A stretch of DNA of 64,000 nucleotides from Elusimicrobia bacterium GWA2_56_46 (GCA_001799575.1 MGTT01000027.1:11997-75996); one strand, 5' to 3'. Positions 9,072 to 19,450 are shown, counted from the stretch's first letter. The notes: generated by a model from the letters alone, not told the origin. A program made the numbers and translations.

Positions 9072-9521
9072 TTAATCCGCTATCTTAAGGCCGGCGTCCT
9101 TCAGGGCCTTTTTGGAAAGCCTGAGCACCACCACGCAGCCGTCGTCGGCGGTCCACTCCGACCTGACCACCTGCGCGCCCTTGATCACGGAGTCTATCTT
9201 GGTGGCAAGCACGGAATCGGTTTCAATGGCTTTCTCCACGGTAATGCCGCCTTCGAGGTTCACGCCCTTGATGAAAGACAGCATATTGTACTGTGCGTTG
9301 ACGATGGAGGCGTTCCTGGACGTGGCCATGCGCTGGGTCTTATTTTCCAGGGTCTGATCCGCCGCGCCGATGCCGCGGGCGAAGACGAAGTTTTTGGTGA
9401 CGCCCTCTTCAGCCCATTCCCGTTCGATCTCGCCCTTGTCCGAAACGGTGCCTTTCTGGTTAGTGGTCGAGCAGCCCGCCACTAAAAGCGAAAGAGCCGC
9501 CAGCGCTAAAGTTTTTTTCAT
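9072..9521 (-). CDS. LPP20-like lipoprotein
   Basis: Start MKKTLALAALS with GGAGG RBS; lipobox VAGC; ARGIGA...VIKGAQVV pattern. Confidence 0.75.
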   Translation of the reverse strand: MKKTLALAALSLLVAGCSTTNQKGTVSDKGEIEREWAEEGVTKNFVFARGIGAADQTLENKTQRMATSRNASIVNAQYNMLSFIKGVNLEGGITVEKAIETDSVLATKIDSVIKGAQVVRSEWTADDGCVVVLRLSKKALKDAGLKIAD

Positions 9522-9651
9522 TTTAAAGTCCCTCCGTGGAAAAGGCGCCTGTTCCCGCACGCCTTCCTTTCCTTATTCTATAAATAAGCCAGATAGCTGT
9601 CAAATGCGGCCGCCTAAATCCCCCGCTAAGCATACGGCCGCATAGGGTGAC

Positions 9652-9862
9652 AGATTTTACCCAATGGGTGAAAGAGGTTCCCCCCACGGTCGGCAGGCCT
9701 GCCAGTTCGCGGGGCCTGCCGGGGGTCCGGAACGCAAAAACGGTGTCGGCCACACCGTGGCCGCACCTCCGGACCTCGCTCGGCGCGCTTACGCAAGCGC
9801 CGAGCTCCGGTACGGTTTTGCTAACCCGGCCCCCCGGCACCCGCTCCAATTATACGCCTGCC
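9652..9862 (+). repeat. Structured repeat, type C (GCC-bulge hairpin family, branched apex)
   Basis: TTACCCAATGGGTGAAA end motif; GGCAGGC stem; CTGCCAGTTC loop; GCGGG-GCC-TGCC...GGCA-CCCGC; CCAATTATAC. Confidence 0.8.
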
Positions 9863-10009
9863 TCGGTTTTACAACTTATCTGTTCCGCACATGAAACCAG
9901 ACCACAAAGCGCTCATAAAAAATAGAATGCCTCTTGTGGTCTTTCCAATTCAACACAGGAGGCATTCTATTATTACAATACGACATAAACCGGGCAGTTT
10001 TAAAGTGGG

Positions 10010-10254
10010 AATCAGCCCAAATCCTCCACTAAGCGGTAATCCCGCCGATACGGCTGCTTCCGCAATGTTCTGTATTGGAAGGATGGCGGCGGGGTATAAC
10101 TGGAGGGGTGCCAGCCATGGGGCGAATCGGGCCGAGGAGGAACCGGCGCGAAGTCGCCGGGCCGGCCGCAGGCCCGATTCGCCCCATGGCTGGCAGGCCC
10201 CCGCACTTGCAGCCCGCCGCCATTTTTCCACTTTTCACCCAATGGGTGAAATCT
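10010..10254 (-). repeat. Structured repeat, type B copy 1
   Basis: Reverse complement aligns with 28015-28220; about 160-nt hairpin with compensatory changes. Confidence 0.9.
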
Positions 10255-10302
10255 TCTCATCAATGGCGCAGGCTTGTTAGAGGAGGATTTGGGAGCCTGA
10301 AG

Positions 10303-11481
10303 TTAGTATATCAGGTATAAATCGGAATTTTTTTCGGCGGGGGCCGCTTCGCGTTTCCTGGGCCTTACCGGCTCTTTTACGGCTGGTTTCACCGCTTTTT
10401 TGGGCCGGGGAAGATCTTCTTCCTCATGGTAACGGGGCTTTTTGTGCTCACCGGGACGCCAGCCCGTGAACTTATAAGAAAATGAAACCTGGGAGGTATT
10501 AAAGACCTCGCTTGCCAGCGACATCGCGAAATCCAGGGAGAAGCCTTCGTGATGTATCCCTAATCCCATCGTGCCGCCCCTGTTGTCTTCCAGCGCTTTA
10601 TACCCCAGCCGGAAGTTGAAAATTTTTTCAAAATGGTATTCCAGTCCGGCCCGGAAACTTTTGAGGCTCTCGGTAGTGTAAAAATCGTTTTCCACCGCCA
10701 GCAGAACAGACTGGTCCAGAACGGTCGGCCGCTCATAAGCGAGGCCGAGCCGCAGGATAGACGGCAGAGGCGAGGTCTCTTTAAGATACTTGACGCCGGT
10801 TCCGTAGTTGGAGAGCGCCGCGCCGAACGTAAGACCAAGATTAGTCTCCCGCACCAGCCAGCCCGCGTCCAGCGCGAAAGCCGAGGCCGAGTACTTGCCC
10901 AGAAGTTCCGAACCGATATATTTGGCCGAGAGGCCCAGGTATTGGTCAAAGGCGGCCTTGTAGCCCTCGATCCTGGTTTCACCGGAATAAACTTTCTCTC
11001 CGTAAGTCAGGGATAAGATCCTGTTCGATTCGGCGTCCATATCGCTGGCCGACACGGAACCGTCTGCGTTTATCCGCCGGTAGGTGAACTGTCCGCTCTG
11101 GGTAAAGACGGCGGAAACGGCCATGCCGGGCCTGGCGCGCCCGGCGATCCCCGTGATCGGCAGCGGCATACCAAAAGCCAGATATTGCAGTTTGGAGTCC
11201 TCGAACCCGGAAAGATACATCGCCGAGGCTTCCGGCAGGTAAAGCTGTCCGAGGCCGGCCGGATTGTAATGCGCCGCGTAGATATCGTCCGCGACGGCGG
11301 CAAAACTACCCCCCATGCCCATCGCGCGGGGACTCATATCCGTCTTGAGGATCTGCACGCTCGCGGATCCCGGCCCGCCGGCATAGCCGGTAACCGGTAA
11401 CCAGTAACCAGTGGCCAGTATAAAGGAAAACAGAAACATCCGGGCAGATGTGCTTTTCCTGTTATACCTTGAAATACGCAT
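10303..11481 (-). CDS. PorV/PorQ-like (UPF0164) outer-membrane beta-barrel protein
   Basis: SPRAMGMGGSFAAVADD..A.HYNPAGL, A.D.G, LP..LRLG, GLEY....FRLGY; start uncertain. Confidence 0.8.
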   Translation of the reverse strand: MRISRYNRKSTSARMFLFSFILATGYWLPVTGYAGGPGSASVQILKTDMSPRAMGMGGSFAAVADDIYAAHYNPAGLGQLYLPEASAMYLSGFEDSKLQYLAFGMPLPITGIAGRARPGMAVSAVFTQSGQFTYRRINADGSVSASDMDAESNRILSLTYGEKVYSGETRIEGYKAAFDQYLGLSAKYIGSELLGKYSASAFALDAGWLVRETNLGLTFGAALSNYGTGVKYLKETSPLPSILRLGLAYERPTVLDQSVLLAVENDFYTTESLKSFRAGLEYHFEKIFNFRLGYKALEDNRGGTMGLGIHHEGFSLDFAMSLASEVFNTSQVSFSYKFTGWRPGEHKKPRYHEEEDLPRPKKAVKPAVKEPVRPRKREAAPAEKNSDLYLIY

Positions 11482-11550
11482 AAAATCAGTACGCCTTTCT
11501 GTTCTTTCCCGCAGTTACCGGTGACCGGTCACCGGATACTGGTTACCGCT

Positions 11551-14500
11551 CTACCGTACGACGGCTATCTTGTCCACCTTGTCCAGTTTGGGGCCTTTCG
11601 CCTTTACGAAATAGATGCCGCTTGCCACTTTGGAACCGCCGGAATTGGTGCCGTCCCAGTCTACGGTTCCCTTACCCGCCGGAACGGGGCCATCGTGGAC
11701 GGTCTTGATCAGGGAACCGGTGACCGTGTAGATCTTAATGGAAAGATCCCCGGCCGACTGAACGTCGTACTTTATGATGGCCCGGTCGCCCGGAGCGGTC
11801 AGGATATTATTGTAAGTAGTGAGATCGGACCGGTTGGTGCTAAGATTGATGGCGTTGGAAACGCCCAGGGAAAGAGAGCGGCCCATGTGGTTGAGGCCGA
11901 AAATCTCAAGGTACACCGTACCGACCCCGGGGTAGCGGACGTCAAAACCCGGATTAAGCCTGACCGAGCCCCAGATGCTGGAGATTGGCTGCCCGTTCCT
12001 GGCGGTCGTTTTGAACTCCATGCTGCCCGGTACCACGCTCAGGTAACCGCCCGCAACGTCTGTCCGGGCCAGGGCCAGCGGCTGGTAATTATGATCCCGC
12101 AGCTGGGCGTACTGGAAAGAAGACTCCGCGCCGGTGAGCGTGGAGGAGGAGGGCGAGCCCGCCATGGGGAAGTTGGCGTAAGGCACGCTGAAACTTATAT
12201 TGTCCTGATCAAAAACCGCCGTGACCAGATCCGCCTGCGCCGATCCTTTGGGCGTATAGTCCAGCGTGAGGGTGTAAGGCAGGACTGAGGCAACCCGCGG
12301 ATTGCCGTTGGGGTTAGCGGCCACCAGCAGATAAAACCGGCCCGCCGACGCGGCCGGGACGGAGTAGGTCAGGGAAACGCCGGAAGAGTCGCTGTAGCCG
12401 TTGATAGGATCGGCGATGACAGGGGCCGCCTCCGCCACATTATTCCGGTCGGCGTCGAAGAGATACATAGCGTAAGCGTAGTAGAAATCAGGATCGGGGG
12501 TCGCGGGCAGCTTCAGCGCGGCGGTGAAACTCCCCTCGGCCAGGGGCAGGGCGTAGTAATCGGCGTCGCCCTCAGGGAAGACGGTGGCGGACAGCCGGGT
12601 CATCGTGCTTATATCGGTGGCGCATTCCGGCCCGTTATTGTTGCCGCACAGCGAACCGCTCCGCGCCGCGTTATCGTAGCCGTCCACGCCGGCCGCGGAC
12701 ATATAAGAAAGAATGCCGTGCGCCCCGAAAGCGTCGTCTATTTTGGAACGTGCGGAACAGCCGGGATCCAGAAGATTGCAGGCCTCGACAAATGCGTCGT
12801 AAAAATTCGCGAAGTTGTCGGGGAAATAGAAAAGAGCGGCGTAAGTGAAAACATCGATCTTATTCATGCCGGAGAAAGTACCCGACACGAAAGGACCGAT
12901 CGTGCCGTCTTTCCTCAGAGTCCACAGCGCCTGGGAAAGGATAAGGCTGTCGCTGTGGATCTCGCCGATCCAGGACGCCGGCATGCTCGCCGCCGCGCCG
13001 CCCAGGTCGCGGGCGGCGCCCTCGCCCGCGTCGACAATAAAATTACCCAGCACGGAAATATCCCTGCTCTCGTGGAGAAAGGAGGTGAGCGAGAAATAAT
13101 CGGCCATGGCTTCGGAAAGAGCGCCGAATTCCCCAAAATTTATTATCGGGTAGATCTGGTTGACCACCCGGTGGATATATTCGTGGCGTATAATAGTTCC
13201 ATCCAGGGCGAACGATCTGTACGCCCCTCCCGCGCCTACGGGGCCGTCCCCGAGAAAAATATTGTCCTTTTCCAGGTCATAAAAAGCGTTCAGCATACCC
13301 TCGTAGGGCGAAGCGTCGGGAGAGCCGCTCGCATGAACCATGACCGGAACCTGCCTGGAGGACAGATCAGCGGGCGGCTGGGACGGATGAGCCGGATCCT
13401 TGTTGATCAGGCTGAAATAGTCATAGGCCTTGTTCAGATGATAAAAAGCGTTCGCTTCGGCCAAATCGTTCTCTATGTTGCCGGGAAAATGATCCAGATG
13501 GACGTTCGGCGCGCCGGTGGACCACAGAATGGAACCGGTGGCGTTATCAGCCACGAGAGGACTGTTTGTAAGCACCAGATAGCTGGAAATATCCACCGTA
13601 AAACCGCCGGGCGCGCCGACACCGGGGAGGTCAAGAACCAGCCCGTAAGTGCGGTTCTCCACCGGCGCGCCGAAAAACGGATTGACGCGGGAGCCGATGT
13701 AGCTGGCCACCTTGTTCCCGGCGGAGTCCGTGACATGGAGTTCCGCCGTATCGGCGATATCCCCGAAAACGTCCATGCTGCCCACGCTGAAAGAGGCGAA
13801 GTGCGGCATAACTTTGGCGAAAGCCTGGTCGCCGCCGGACCAGTCGTCCGGCACGGTAAAGGACTGGCTGGCGGTGATGCCCGGGGTATGGTGATAGTGC
13901 AGCCATTCGCCGCCGCCGTTGTCGAAATGCGCGCTCGGCCCCCGGGAATTGACCACGGAAAAATACGGCCCTTTCAGAGAGGCGAAAACCTTCCCCGCGG
14001 CGGGGGAACAATAGTCCCCGGGCGCGTCCCCCCAGGTCGCCTGAGTGGGGGTGAACTTATTATCGGTCACCCAGACATATTGATTGGTAACCGGCGCGAT
14101 CACGGGACTGACCCAGGAATCAGGCGGGATATCGCTGGGAACGGCGGTAGGCACCGGGGAAATGGGATAGATCGCGGCGTTCACGGTGCCGGTGGTCACG
14201 GCATTGCCCGGGGCGCAGGCGTAGCGGAGATCATTGTAACGGAAAAGAAGCGTCCCGTCGGCCGCGCTTACGTAGCAGACCCAGACGCCGCTGGCTGTGC
14301 CCTCGGCCCTGGCCCTTACTTTCCAGGCCAGCTTCAGCGCTCCGTCCGAAGCCGGATCCGGGAAGAGAACCAGGCTGCTTCCGGTGATCCGCGCTGAAAA
14401 GCCGAGAGCCGACAGGACGACGCTTTCCGCAGAGGCGGCCGGGAGGGCCGGGGTAAGCGGAACGTCGATGCCGGGTTCGAATTTTGCCTGGTAGCCCGTC

Positions 14501-14967
14501 ACCTCTCCGGAGGAGTTCACGTGCACCCTGACATAAGCGAACTCCACCGGGACGGAATTATAGACCTGGTCGTACTGCAAATGCGTGACGCCCATGAAAG
14601 TTCTGGAAGATACCGGACGAAGCTGTCCGGGATCCACTTTCAACAGATCCTTATTATCGTTCAAAAAAGCGAACGCGGCCTCGGACGGGGCGCCGGGGTA
14701 CCTGGCGGTTTTAGCGCCCACGAGGGCTTCCGGCAGGGCGGTTTTGGGACTGTAGCGCACGCGCCAGGCGCCCCCTCCGGTCTTCTTCACAAAAGCGCTG
14801 AACGCCTCCCGGGCGGCGGCGCCGGGAGCCTTTGCCGGTTTCCTGAGCGAATCCGCCAGCGGAGAATTCCGCTGAACGGCCGTCCGGGGGCCCGCGGCCG
14901 CGGAATATCCCGGCACAGCCCAGAGAAGCGCGCCAAAAATAAACGGTGTCCGGATCATCTTCCTCAT
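11551..14967 (-). CDS. Secreted M4/M36-like zinc metalloprotease with FTP/PepSY propeptide and C-terminal FlgD-Ig/T9SS-like domain
   Basis: HLQYDQVYNSVPV, LAWKV, NAFY, HEYIH, SEAMADYF, EIHSDS; tail IYTVTG.LIKT..WDG..VASGIY..KIAVVR. Confidence 0.85.
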   Translation of the reverse strand: MRKMIRTPFIFGALLWAVPGYSAAAGPRTAVQRNSPLADSLRKPAKAPGAAAREAFSAFVKKTGGGAWRVRYSPKTALPEALVGAKTARYPGAPSEAAFAFLNDNKDLLKVDPGQLRPVSSRTFMGVTHLQYDQVYNSVPVEFAYVRVHVNSSGEVTGYQAKFEPGIDVPLTPALPAASAESVVLSALGFSARITGSSLVLFPDPASDGALKLAWKVRARAEGTASGVWVCYVSAADGTLLFRYNDLRYACAPGNAVTTGTVNAAIYPISPVPTAVPSDIPPDSWVSPVIAPVTNQYVWVTDNKFTPTQATWGDAPGDYCSPAAGKVFASLKGPYFSVVNSRGPSAHFDNGGGEWLHYHHTPGITASQSFTVPDDWSGGDQAFAKVMPHFASFSVGSMDVFGDIADTAELHVTDSAGNKVASYIGSRVNPFFGAPVENRTYGLVLDLPGVGAPGGFTVDISSYLVLTNSPLVADNATGSILWSTGAPNVHLDHFPGNIENDLAEANAFYHLNKAYDYFSLINKDPAHPSQPPADLSSRQVPVMVHASGSPDASPYEGMLNAFYDLEKDNIFLGDGPVGAGGAYRSFALDGTIIRHEYIHRVVNQIYPIINFGEFGALSEAMADYFSLTSFLHESRDISVLGNFIVDAGEGAARDLGGAAASMPASWIGEIHSDSLILSQALWTLRKDGTIGPFVSGTFSGMNKIDVFTYAALFYFPDNFANFYDAFVEACNLLDPGCSARSKIDDAFGAHGILSYMSAAGVDGYDNAARSGSLCGNNNGPECATDISTMTRLSATVFPEGDADYYALPLAEGSFTAALKLPATPDPDFYYAYAMYLFDADRNNVAEAAPVIADPINGYSDSSGVSLTYSVPAASAGRFYLLVAANPNGNPRVASVLPYTLTLDYTPKGSAQADLVTAVFDQDNISFSVPYANFPMAGSPSSSTLTGAESSFQYAQLRDHNYQPLALARTDVAGGYLSVVPGSMEFKTTARNGQPISSIWGSVRLNPGFDVRYPGVGTVYLEIFGLNHMGRSLSLGVSNAINLSTNRSDLTTYNNILTAPGDRAIIKYDVQSAGDLSIKIYTVTGSLIKTVHDGPVPAGKGTVDWDGTNSGGSKVASGIYFVKAKGPKLDKVDKIAVVR

Positions 14968-14975
14968 ATGATGCG

Positions 14976-16058
14976 TTATTGCTTTTTCGCGTACCGCTTA
15001 AGGATCTGCAAAGCCGCGCCGAGCCGAACGCTGACGCTTTCATCGTTCAAGGCGGCCCCCAGATACTGCCTGGCGTCCGCGTCCGGTATCCCCCGCAGGA
15101 CTTTCAGCGCTTCCAGCTTTACTTCCTGACTGTTGGAGTCAAAAGCGCGCGTGAGAACATTCTCGTCCGGACTTACACCCCCGCTCATCAGTCCTCTTAG
15201 CGCCGCTATCTTAAGGGCAATGTCGTTGGTGGCGCCGTATATTTCCCTTAATTTCTCAAAAGCTTTTTTGTCCCGTATGATCCCGAGCGCGGCCACCGCC
15301 TTGAATTTGATGGTGGGATTGGGCTCATCGGCCAGCCTGAGCAGTTCGGGAAGGGCGTTTTTCTTTCCGTTCATGCATTTCATGGCGTCCAGCGCGGCGA
15401 TCCGCACCCGCATGGATCTTTCCCCGCCCAGCAGCGCCCTGAGCGGTTCCACCGTATCGGGATTGCAGATCTTTGCCAGCATATTCGCGCCTTCGTAACG
15501 TATGGCTTCATCCTCGCTGCCGACGGCGTCCACGAACTGCGCGAGTTCGTCCGCGTAGCCCAGCCGGGCCAGTTCCCGGGCCGCGACATCCCTTATGGAA
15601 CCGTATGTATCGTTTTTCAGGCTGAAAAGCGCGTCGGACGCTTTCTCTCCCTGCATGCGCGCCAGCGCCTCTATGGCGTGCTCGCGGATCTTGTTCTGCG
15701 AAATAATCTTCAGTTCTGCCAGGGGAGAATTCACCAGCGTACCCTGGGCCGGGATATCGTTGATCACGGCATAAACCGCCTTGAGGCCGGACAGGTCTCC
15801 CAGATTCCAGAGCGCCTCCGCGGCGCTCAGGCGCGTGTGGCGGTCTGCGTCGGACAGGAGTTTTCTGAGGACTCCGGCAGCGGATTTATTCCCGGTCTGG
15901 CCCAGGATATCAACGGCCATGCCCCGGACATCAGAGTCCCGGCTTTTGATCTGCGTGAGAACGGTCTCAAGCGCCTTACGGCCCAATTCCTTATCGGACA
16001 GCGTCTGGCCATACGCGAGACCGGCGCACAATAAAAGCGGAAGTATAGCCGATCGCAT
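14976..16058 (-). CDS. Exported HEAT-repeat protein
   Basis: Signal peptide; repeated L.D....VR..A..ALG units. Confidence 0.85.
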   Translation of the reverse strand: MRSAILPLLLCAGLAYGQTLSDKELGRKALETVLTQIKSRDSDVRGMAVDILGQTGNKSAAGVLRKLLSDADRHTRLSAAEALWNLGDLSGLKAVYAVINDIPAQGTLVNSPLAELKIISQNKIREHAIEALARMQGEKASDALFSLKNDTYGSIRDVAARELARLGYADELAQFVDAVGSEDEAIRYEGANMLAKICNPDTVEPLRALLGGERSMRVRIAALDAMKCMNGKKNALPELLRLADEPNPTIKFKAVAALGIIRDKKAFEKLREIYGATNDIALKIAALRGLMSGGVSPDENVLTRAFDSNSQEVKLEALKVLRGIPDADARQYLGAALNDESVSVRLGAALQILKRYAKKQ

Positions 16059-16125
16059 ATCTATATTCTCTTATATCGGTCTTTCAATAACATTGAAAAT
16101 TAGTTGCATAAATGTGACCTAAATT

Positions 16126-16199
16126 TGCCCCCTAGAGGGATCGAACCTCTAACCTACTGCTCCGAAGGCAGTCGCTCTATCCAGTTGAGCTAAGGGGGC
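16126..16199 (-). tRNA. tRNA-Arg (anticodon TCG), CCA not encoded
   Basis: GCCCCCT/AGGGGGC acceptor, TAGCTCAACTGGATAGAGC D-arm, ACTGC-CTTCGGA-GCAGT anticodon arm, GGTTCGATCC T-arm. Confidence 0.95.
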
Positions 16200-16206
16200 C
16201 CCTTGT

Positions 16207-16393
16207 CGCACCCCGCGCCGAATGCGCGGGGCGGATGACCGCCGGGCTTTATAAGGTGGCGCCCGGTGCTCCACAAGGAGGGCTCTGCCCTCCATTACAT
16301 CGTCGCTTGCTCCCGGCGCTTCGCTTGGTCGCTGCGCTGAACCACCCGGAGCAGAGTACCTTACCTGATCCGCACCCCGCGCCGAATGCGCGG
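16207..16393. repeat. Hairpin-rich element bounded by 23-bp direct repeats
   Basis: CGCACCCCGCGCCGAATGCGCGG at 16207-16229 and 16371-16393; internal hairpins such as GGAGGGC-TCT-GCCCTCC. Confidence 0.8.
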
Positions 16394-16502
16394 ATTTACC
16401 GAAACCTTGTGAAAGGCTCTTTATTATTATAGAATTTATTTTAAGACGGCGTACAAAAAAGTCCTCCGGTTCTCCGGAGGTATAAGATATAAGGAGCCAA
16501 CT

Positions 16503-17255
16503 ATGGGCGGACACTCTCACTGGGCGGGAATAAAACATAAAAAAGCCATTACGGACGCAAAAAAAGGCAAGGTCTTCACAAAGATCATCAAGGAGATCGC
16601 CATGGCCGCCAAGATCGGCGGCGGCAAACCGGACGAGAATCCCCGCCTCCGCAAGGCCATGGAAGACGCCCGGAACGCCAATATGCCCGTAGACAACGTA
16701 AAACGCGCCATCATGCGCGGCACCGGCCAGCTCCCCGGCATGACTTACGAGGAAATAATGTACGAAGGCTACGGCCCCGGCGGCATAGCCGTCCTGGTGG
16801 AAGTAACCACCGACAACCGGAACCGGGTATTCAGCGAAATACGCAAGATCTTCGAAGTTTCCGGCGGGAACCTTGGCAGCACGGGCTGCGTGGCCTGGAT
16901 GTTCGAACCGAAAGGATATATTTCCGTCAAAAAAAGCGACGCGAAAGAAGACGAACTGATGACGCTCGCGCTTGATATCGGCGCCGAAGATTTCAAGTCT
17001 CCCCCCGACTCCGACGAATACGAGATAATCACTTCCCCGGCGGACTTCGAGTCCGTAAAGAAACAGCTGGAAGACCGAAAGATCAAGGTCGTCCTGGCCG
17101 AACTTACCATGCTCGCCAAGAACGAAGTGCTGGTGGGCGAGGACAAAGCCCAGCAGGTCGTGAACCTGATGAACAACCTGGAAGACCACGACGACGTGCA
17201 GAAAGTTCACTCCAACTTCAATATCCCGGACGCTATCCTGGCCAAACTGGAGTAA
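16503..17255 (+). CDS. yebC: YebC/PmpR family protein
   Basis: MGGHSHWAGIKHKK, YEGYGPGG, TDNRNR, DDVQKVHSN. Confidence 0.95.
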   Translation: MGGHSHWAGIKHKKAITDAKKGKVFTKIIKEIAMAAKIGGGKPDENPRLRKAMEDARNANMPVDNVKRAIMRGTGQLPGMTYEEIMYEGYGPGGIAVLVEVTTDNRNRVFSEIRKIFEVSGGNLGSTGCVAWMFEPKGYISVKKSDAKEDELMTLALDIGAEDFKSPPDSDEYEIITSPADFESVKKQLEDRKIKVVLAELTMLAKNEVLVGEDKAQQVVNLMNNLEDHDDVQKVHSNFNIPDAILAKLE

Positions 17256-17755
17256 TGAAAATATTAGGAATCGACCCCGGACTGGATCGCACCGGCTGGG
17301 CGGTGCTGGAAAGCGCCCCGCCGGTTCCTCCGCGGCTGCTTGCGTCCGGTCTCATTCATACCGCCGGCGGGCTGGCGCTTGAAAAACGTCTGGCCGAGAT
17401 TTTCGACGCGCTAACCGCGGTCATAAGAGAAAACGATCCCGGCGAGGCGGCCATAGAAGAGGTCTTTTTTTCCAAGCGCGCGGACACCCAGGCCAACACC
17501 ACCCACGCCCGCGGCGTAATACTCCTGGCCTGCGAAAAGCTTTCCCTTAAAATCGCCTCCTACAACCCCCGGACCATTAAAAAAACGGTCAGCGGCAGCG
17601 GCAACGCGGAGAAGCTCCAGATGCAGAGGGTGGTGCAGATGAGCCTTAACCTCAAAGAAATCCCGCGTCCGGACGATATCGCGGACGCCATGGCGGCCGC
17701 TCTCTGCCACATCCGGGTGGCGCCTTTCAAAGCGGCCATCGAGGCGGCCCGATGA
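17255..17755 (+). CDS. ruvC: Holliday junction endonuclease
   Basis: ILGIDPG, GSGNAEK.QM, DDIADA. Confidence 0.95.
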   Translation: MKILGIDPGLDRTGWAVLESAPPVPPRLLASGLIHTAGGLALEKRLAEIFDALTAVIRENDPGEAAIEEVFFSKRADTQANTTHARGVILLACEKLSLKIASYNPRTIKKTVSGSGNAEKLQMQRVVQMSLNLKEIPRPDDIADAMAAALCHIRVAPFKAAIEAAR

Positions 17756-18369
17756 TAGCTTCCCTGCGCGGCTCCGTGATCCTTAAAACCGACGAAAGCG
17801 CCGTCATAGAGACGGGCGGCGTCGGTTATGAGGTGTTTTTCTGCGAGGCTTCTCTCCGCAGCCTCGGACCGGAAGGCACGGAGGCGTATGTGCTGACGGC
17901 GGAATCGATCAGTATGTACGGCGGCGCCGCTCTTTACGGTTTCCTTACGAAAGAAGAAAAAGACCTCTTTGATCTCTTCCGCGGCGCCGTGCCCAACACC
18001 GGGGCGAAAAAAGCCCTGGATTATCTGAATAAGGCGCTTAAGTCCCTGCCGGACTTCAAGCAGGCGGTCATAAAGAACGACCCTAAACTTCTGGTCTCCA
18101 TTTTCGGCTTCACCTCCAAAACGGCCGATAAACTCATAGCCGCCCTCAAGGGCAGGATGCCGGATTTCCAGACCGCCGGCTCCGCCAGGCTCGCGGGGTT
18201 CGCCGCCCAGGGCGTCTACACCCGCGTGCTCTCCGCTTTATCCAATCTCGGATTCAGACCCTCCGAGGCCAAGGCCGCCCTGGAAGCCGCGGCGGCCGAC
18301 GGGCTCCCCGAAACCGAGAACGCGGAAGAGCTGCTTAAACGCACGCTCAAGCGGCTTTCGCCCGGATAG
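17752..18369 (+). CDS. ruvA: Holliday junction branch migration protein
   Basis: MIASLRG, GGVGYEV, LYGF, ALSNLGF; between ruvC and ruvB. Confidence 0.9.
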   Translation: MIASLRGSVILKTDESAVIETGGVGYEVFFCEASLRSLGPEGTEAYVLTAESISMYGGAALYGFLTKEEKDLFDLFRGAVPNTGAKKALDYLNKALKSLPDFKQAVIKNDPKLLVSIFGFTSKTADKLIAALKGRMPDFQTAGSARLAGFAAQGVYTRVLSALSNLGFRPSEAKAALEAAAADGLPETENAEELLKRTLKRLSPG

Positions 18370-18377
18370 GACTACCT

Positions 18378-19403
18378 ATGCCTGAAAAGGAAAATCTGCT
18401 TTGCTCCAAAGCGACCGCCGAGGAAACGAAATACATGGATCGCGCCCTCCGGCCTTCCAGCCTGGACGAATTCGTGGGCCAGCAGAAACTCAAGGATAAT
18501 CTGCGCGTATTCATAGAGGCTTCAAAAGGCCGGAAAGAAGCGCTTGACCACTGCCTGTTCTACTCACCCCCCGGCCTGGGCAAAACCACCCTGAGCCATA
18601 TCCTGGCGCGCGAGATGGGAGTGAACATTAAAGTCACCTCCGGGCCGGTTCTGGCCAAGCCGGGCGACCTGGCGGCCATGCTCACCACTGAGCTTCAGGA
18701 GGGCGATATCCTTTTTATCGACGAGATCCACCGTCTGAACGCCGCCGTGGAAGAGGCGCTTTATCCCGTAATGGAGGATTTTCTTTTCTTCATCAGCACC
18801 GGCACCGGCCCCGGAGCCACGACTCTCCGGCTGACGGTGCCGCGATTCACGCTGGTAGGCGCCACCACCAGAAGCGGTCTCCTCACCGGGCCGCTGCGCG
18901 ACCGCTTCGGAATAGTCTTCAATCTGGGTTTCTACGGCCGCCCCGAGATAGTGAGCATCCTGGAGAGGTCCGCCCGCATCCTTAAAACCGAAGCCACGCC
19001 GGAAGGCCTGGCGCAGATCGCGGACAGGTCGCGGGGCACCCCCAGGATAGCCAATCGCCTGCTTAAACGCGTCCGCGATTTCGCCCAGGTAAGGGCGGGG
19101 GGCGTAATAACCCCCGGCGTGACCATGGAAGCCATGGATTCGCTGGAGATAGATAAAGAGGGCCTGGACAGCCTGGATCGCCGTCTGCTTTTGACCGTCG
19201 CGGAGAAATTCGGCGGCGGCCCCGTGGGAGCGGAAACCCTGGCGGTCGCCGTCTCGGAAGAACTCGACACGCTTACCGATGTGATAGAACCTTTCCTTAT
19301 GCAGTCCGGCTTCCTGCAGCGTACGACCAGGGGCAGGCTCCTTACCAGAAAAGCCTACCTTCACCTCGGACTTAAGGCCCCGGCGCAGGAGAAGTTCTTA
19401 TAA
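18378..19403 (+). CDS. ruvB: Holliday junction helicase
   Basis: [45 protein letters not shown]. Confidence 0.97.
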   Translation: MPEKENLLCSKATAEETKYMDRALRPSSLDEFVGQQKLKDNLRVFIEASKGRKEALDHCLFYSPPGLGKTTLSHILAREMGVNIKVTSGPVLAKPGDLAAMLTTELQEGDILFIDEIHRLNAAVEEALYPVMEDFLFFISTGTGPGATTLRLTVPRFTLVGATTRSGLLTGPLRDRFGIVFNLGFYGRPEIVSILERSARILKTEATPEGLAQIADRSRGTPRIANRLLKRVRDFAQVRAGGVITPGVTMEAMDSLEIDKEGLDSLDRRLLLTVAEKFGGGPVGAETLAVAVSEELDTLTDVIEPFLMQSGFLQRTTRGRLLTRKAYLHLGLKAPAQEKFL

Positions 19404-19450
19404 GGGACTCCAGCCTCCAGCCGCGAGAAACGAGCCACTGACCGCTTCCC

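Noticed and set aside
12718-14397. Long antisense ORFs (also 16149-17210, 19361-20551, 42520-43635, 60357-62210)
   Set aside because: Shadow frames of well-supported genes in high-GC DNA, with no recognisable motifs.
16126-16400. Island integrated at tRNA-Arg, or tmRNA/SRP RNA
   Set aside because: No duplicated tRNA 3' end or integrase is present, and the diagnostic motifs of these RNAs are absent.
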